NCBI GenBank assembly: GCA_023484045.1
Contig: JAMDAA010000001.1
Location: 1 to 46,950 of the forward strand
DNA length: 46,950 bases
Source of the DNA: Patescibacteria group bacterium
Lineage (GTDB): Bacteria > Patescibacteriota > Microgenomatia > Levybacterales > UBA12049
Direction of reading: 5' to 3'
Shown: in pieces, positions 45,255 through 46,950 of the stretch
Numbering within the stretch: the stretch's first letter is position 1
How the letters are laid out: each line of letters starts with the position of its first letter
Made by a program: the position numbers and the translations under genes
Notes under the pieces: model-generated
The model's database searches: none
Seen by the model: only the letters and a program-made list of their open reading frames with translations
What the model was told of the DNA's origin: nothing

Positions 45255-45836
45255 TCAAAAATTGGAAGAATGCCGATCGAAATAAAAGAGGGAGTCAATA
45301 TTACTGTCGAAAATGGACGGGTAAAAGTTAGTGGTTCAAAAGGTGAGTTATCGTTTGTTTTACCGAAGCAAATAGAAGTAAAAACCCCTTCGACAAGCTC
45401 AGGGCAAGGTGAAAATAATAAAATAATCGTTTCTCCAAAATCCGATGATAAAAATTTAAGACCGGTGTTTGGATTAACAAGAGCGCAGATCGCAAATATG
45501 GTTAAAGGAGTAACAGATGGGTTTGAGAAAAAACTAGAACTTTCGGGAGTCGGATACAGGGCGCAAACTACAGGTGATGAACTTGTTTTATCTCTCGGTT
45601 TTTCGCATCCTGTTAAAATTAAAGCTACGCCTGGAATAAAATTTGCGGTCGCGGAAAACGTTATTACGGTGTCCGGTATAGATAAAACATTGGTCGGAGA
45701 CATTGCGGCAAAAATTAGAAAAGTCAGACAACCCGATCCGTACAAAGCAAAAGGAGTTTCGTATCAGGGTGAAAGAATTAGAAGAAAGGCCGGTAAAGCG
45801 ACGAAAGCTGTAGGAGGCGCCTTGGGCGGAAAATAA
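45252..45836 (+). CDS. rplF: 50S ribosomal protein L6
   Basis: MSKIGRMPI, GVGYRA, RQPDPYKAKGV. Confidence 0.98.
   Translation: MSKIGRMPIEIKEGVNITVENGRVKVSGSKGELSFVLPKQIEVKTPSTSSGQGENNKIIVSPKSDDKNLRPVFGLTRAQIANMVKGVTDGFEKKLELSGVGYRAQTTGDELVLSLGFSHPVKIKATPGIKFAVAENVITVSGIDKTLVGDIAAKIRKVRQPDPYKAKGVSYQGERIRRKAGKATKAVGGALGGK
45386..45408 (+). repeat. short palindromic repeat inserted in-frame in rplF
   Basis: cccttcgacaagctcagggcaag encoding PSTSSGQ. Confidence 0.8.
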
Positions 45837-45837
45837 T

Positions 45838-46191
45838 ATGGAAAAAAGATCATGTGAGCAAAAAAGGAAAATTAGGACAAGAGCGAAGATTAAAGGCATA
45901 AGTAAAAAGTTGAGACTTTCAGTTTTTAGATCGAATAGATTTATATATGCGCAGATCGTAGACGATGAAAAGAAAAAGACGATTTTAGGTGTTTCCGAAA
46001 AAGATTTGAATCGGAAGAACAAAACTACTGGAAAAAAGATCGATTCGGCAAAAGAGCTCGGGGTTATTCTAGCCGAAAAAGCAAAAGAGAAAAAAATCAA
46101 AGAAGTTGTTTTTGACAGAGGAAGTTATGCGTATTTGGGACGAGTAAAAGCGTTTGCAGAAGGTGCGAGAGAAGGAGGTCTTAAATTTTAA
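45838..46191 (+). CDS. rplR: 50S ribosomal protein L18
   Basis: RLSVFRSNRFIYAQIVDD, VFDRGSYAYLGRVKAFAEGAREGGL. Confidence 0.97.
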   Translation: MEKRSCEQKRKIRTRAKIKGISKKLRLSVFRSNRFIYAQIVDDEKKKTILGVSEKDLNRKNKTTGKKIDSAKELGVILAEKAKEKKIKEVVFDRGSYAYLGRVKAFAEGAREGGLKF

Positions 46192-46670
46192 TGGATAATT
46201 TTGCGAGAAGAATGGATTTTCCGAGAAGCGAATTTGAAGAAAAAATTATTCAGGTAAACCGTGTGTCGAAGAAAACAAAAGGCGGAAACAAAATCGGATT
46301 TTCGGTTTTGGTCGTCGTCGGGGACAAAAAAGGCCGAGTCGGCGTGGGTATGGGAAAAGCGGCTGATGTCTCGAGTGCAATAAAAAAAGGGGTTGCGGTT
46401 GCAAAAAAACATTTAATAAAAGCGCCTGTCGTAAACGGAACTATTCCGCACGAAATTTATGTTAAACTGGGAGCAGCGAAAATTATGCTGAAGCCCGCGC
46501 CAAAAGGCAGCGGTGTAATCGCGGGTGGAGCCGTAAGAAATGTCGTCGCGGCAGCCGGAATTCAAAATATCTCATCTAAAGTTTTGGGGACAAAAAATCA
46601 GGCATCGAACGTTTACGCGACGCTTGAGGCATTGAAAAGATTAGCGGAAAGTCAAAACAGAAAGATTTAA
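46191..46670 (+). CDS. rpsE: 30S ribosomal protein S5
   Basis: RVSKKTKGG, LKPAPKGSGVIAGG. Confidence 0.98.
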   Translation: MDNFARRMDFPRSEFEEKIIQVNRVSKKTKGGNKIGFSVLVVVGDKKGRVGVGMGKAADVSSAIKKGVAVAKKHLIKAPVVNGTIPHEIYVKLGAAKIMLKPAPKGSGVIAGGAVRNVVAAAGIQNISSKVLGTKNQASNVYATLEALKRLAESQNRKI

Positions 46671-46673
46671 AGT

Positions 46674-46950
46674 ATGAGTATGTTAAAGCTTAAAAAAATA
46701 GTCGTGAAGAAAAAGAGGAGATTAGGACAAGGTCATGGTTCGGGAAGAGTAAAAACTTCCGGTCGCGGAACAAAAGGTCAAAACGCAAGAGGTAAAAGAT
46801 CGCTTTGGTTTGAAGGCGGCGCAGTTTCTTTAATTAAAAGACTTCCGTTTAGACGTGGTAAGGGAAGAAATAAGGTTTTTAAGAAAAAACCGATCACAAT
46901 AAATATAAAGGTTTTGAATATTTTTCCAAAAAGCAGTGTAATTGATATAA
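46674..46950 (+). CDS. rplO: 50S ribosomal protein L15 (partial, runs off the window)
   Basis: MSMLKLKKIVVKKKRRLGQGHGSGRVKTSGRGTKGQNARG...FEGG...LIKRLP; not in the ORF track because no stop is in the window. Confidence 0.95.
   Translation, partial: MSMLKLKKIVVKKKRRLGQGHGSGRVKTSGRGTKGQNARGKRSLWFEGGAVSLIKRLPFRRGKGRNKVFKKKPITINIKVLNIFPKSSVIDI

Noticed and set aside
1-46950. UGA recoding (genetic code 25) as in some CPR lineages; also rRNA/tRNA genes
   Set aside because: TGA acts as a stop with tight coupling (e.g. ATGA at 32350) and conserved genes are intact under code 11; no rRNA or tRNA signatures were seen.

Overview
Core-genome window of an AT-rich bacterium using standard code 11, most consistent with Patescibacteria/CPR and Microgenomates-like. 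The lineage call is inference: there is no rpmD between rpsE and rplO, few Shine-Dalgarno sites, and many -10 boxes sit 6-7 nt from start codons. Gene order: rpsO-pnp, a Lon-type AAA+ ATPase without a protease domain, rnj, ftsK, a RodZ-like gene, two small membrane genes, and a 1.7-kb two-gene cassette bounded by a 21-bp duplication of the mltG 3' end. Next is a minus-strand operon (alaS, FtsA-like/baseplate-J-like fusion, sortase, 48-aa peptide, AMP-phosphorylase-type nucleoside phosphorylase, mltG). Then a TrpR/YerC-like regulator bracketed by two near-identical palindromes, trxB, rpoB-rpoC, a str operon interrupted by accessory genes, and the S10/spc ribosomal protein cluster up to a partial rplO. 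I found no rRNA, tRNA, CRISPR array, transposase or integrase. The most interesting signals are non-genic: (1) the palindrome-bracketed regulator; (2) the integrase-less cassette at mltG; (3) a short palindromic repeat family that supplies start codons in the ribosomal operon and is inserted in-frame in PNPase, L22 and L6; (4) long heptamer-periodic hairpins; (5) strong apparent CGATCG over-representation; (6) pervasive predicted leaderless transcripts, one apparently starting at ATC. All protein calls are from motif recognition by eye; no searches were run.
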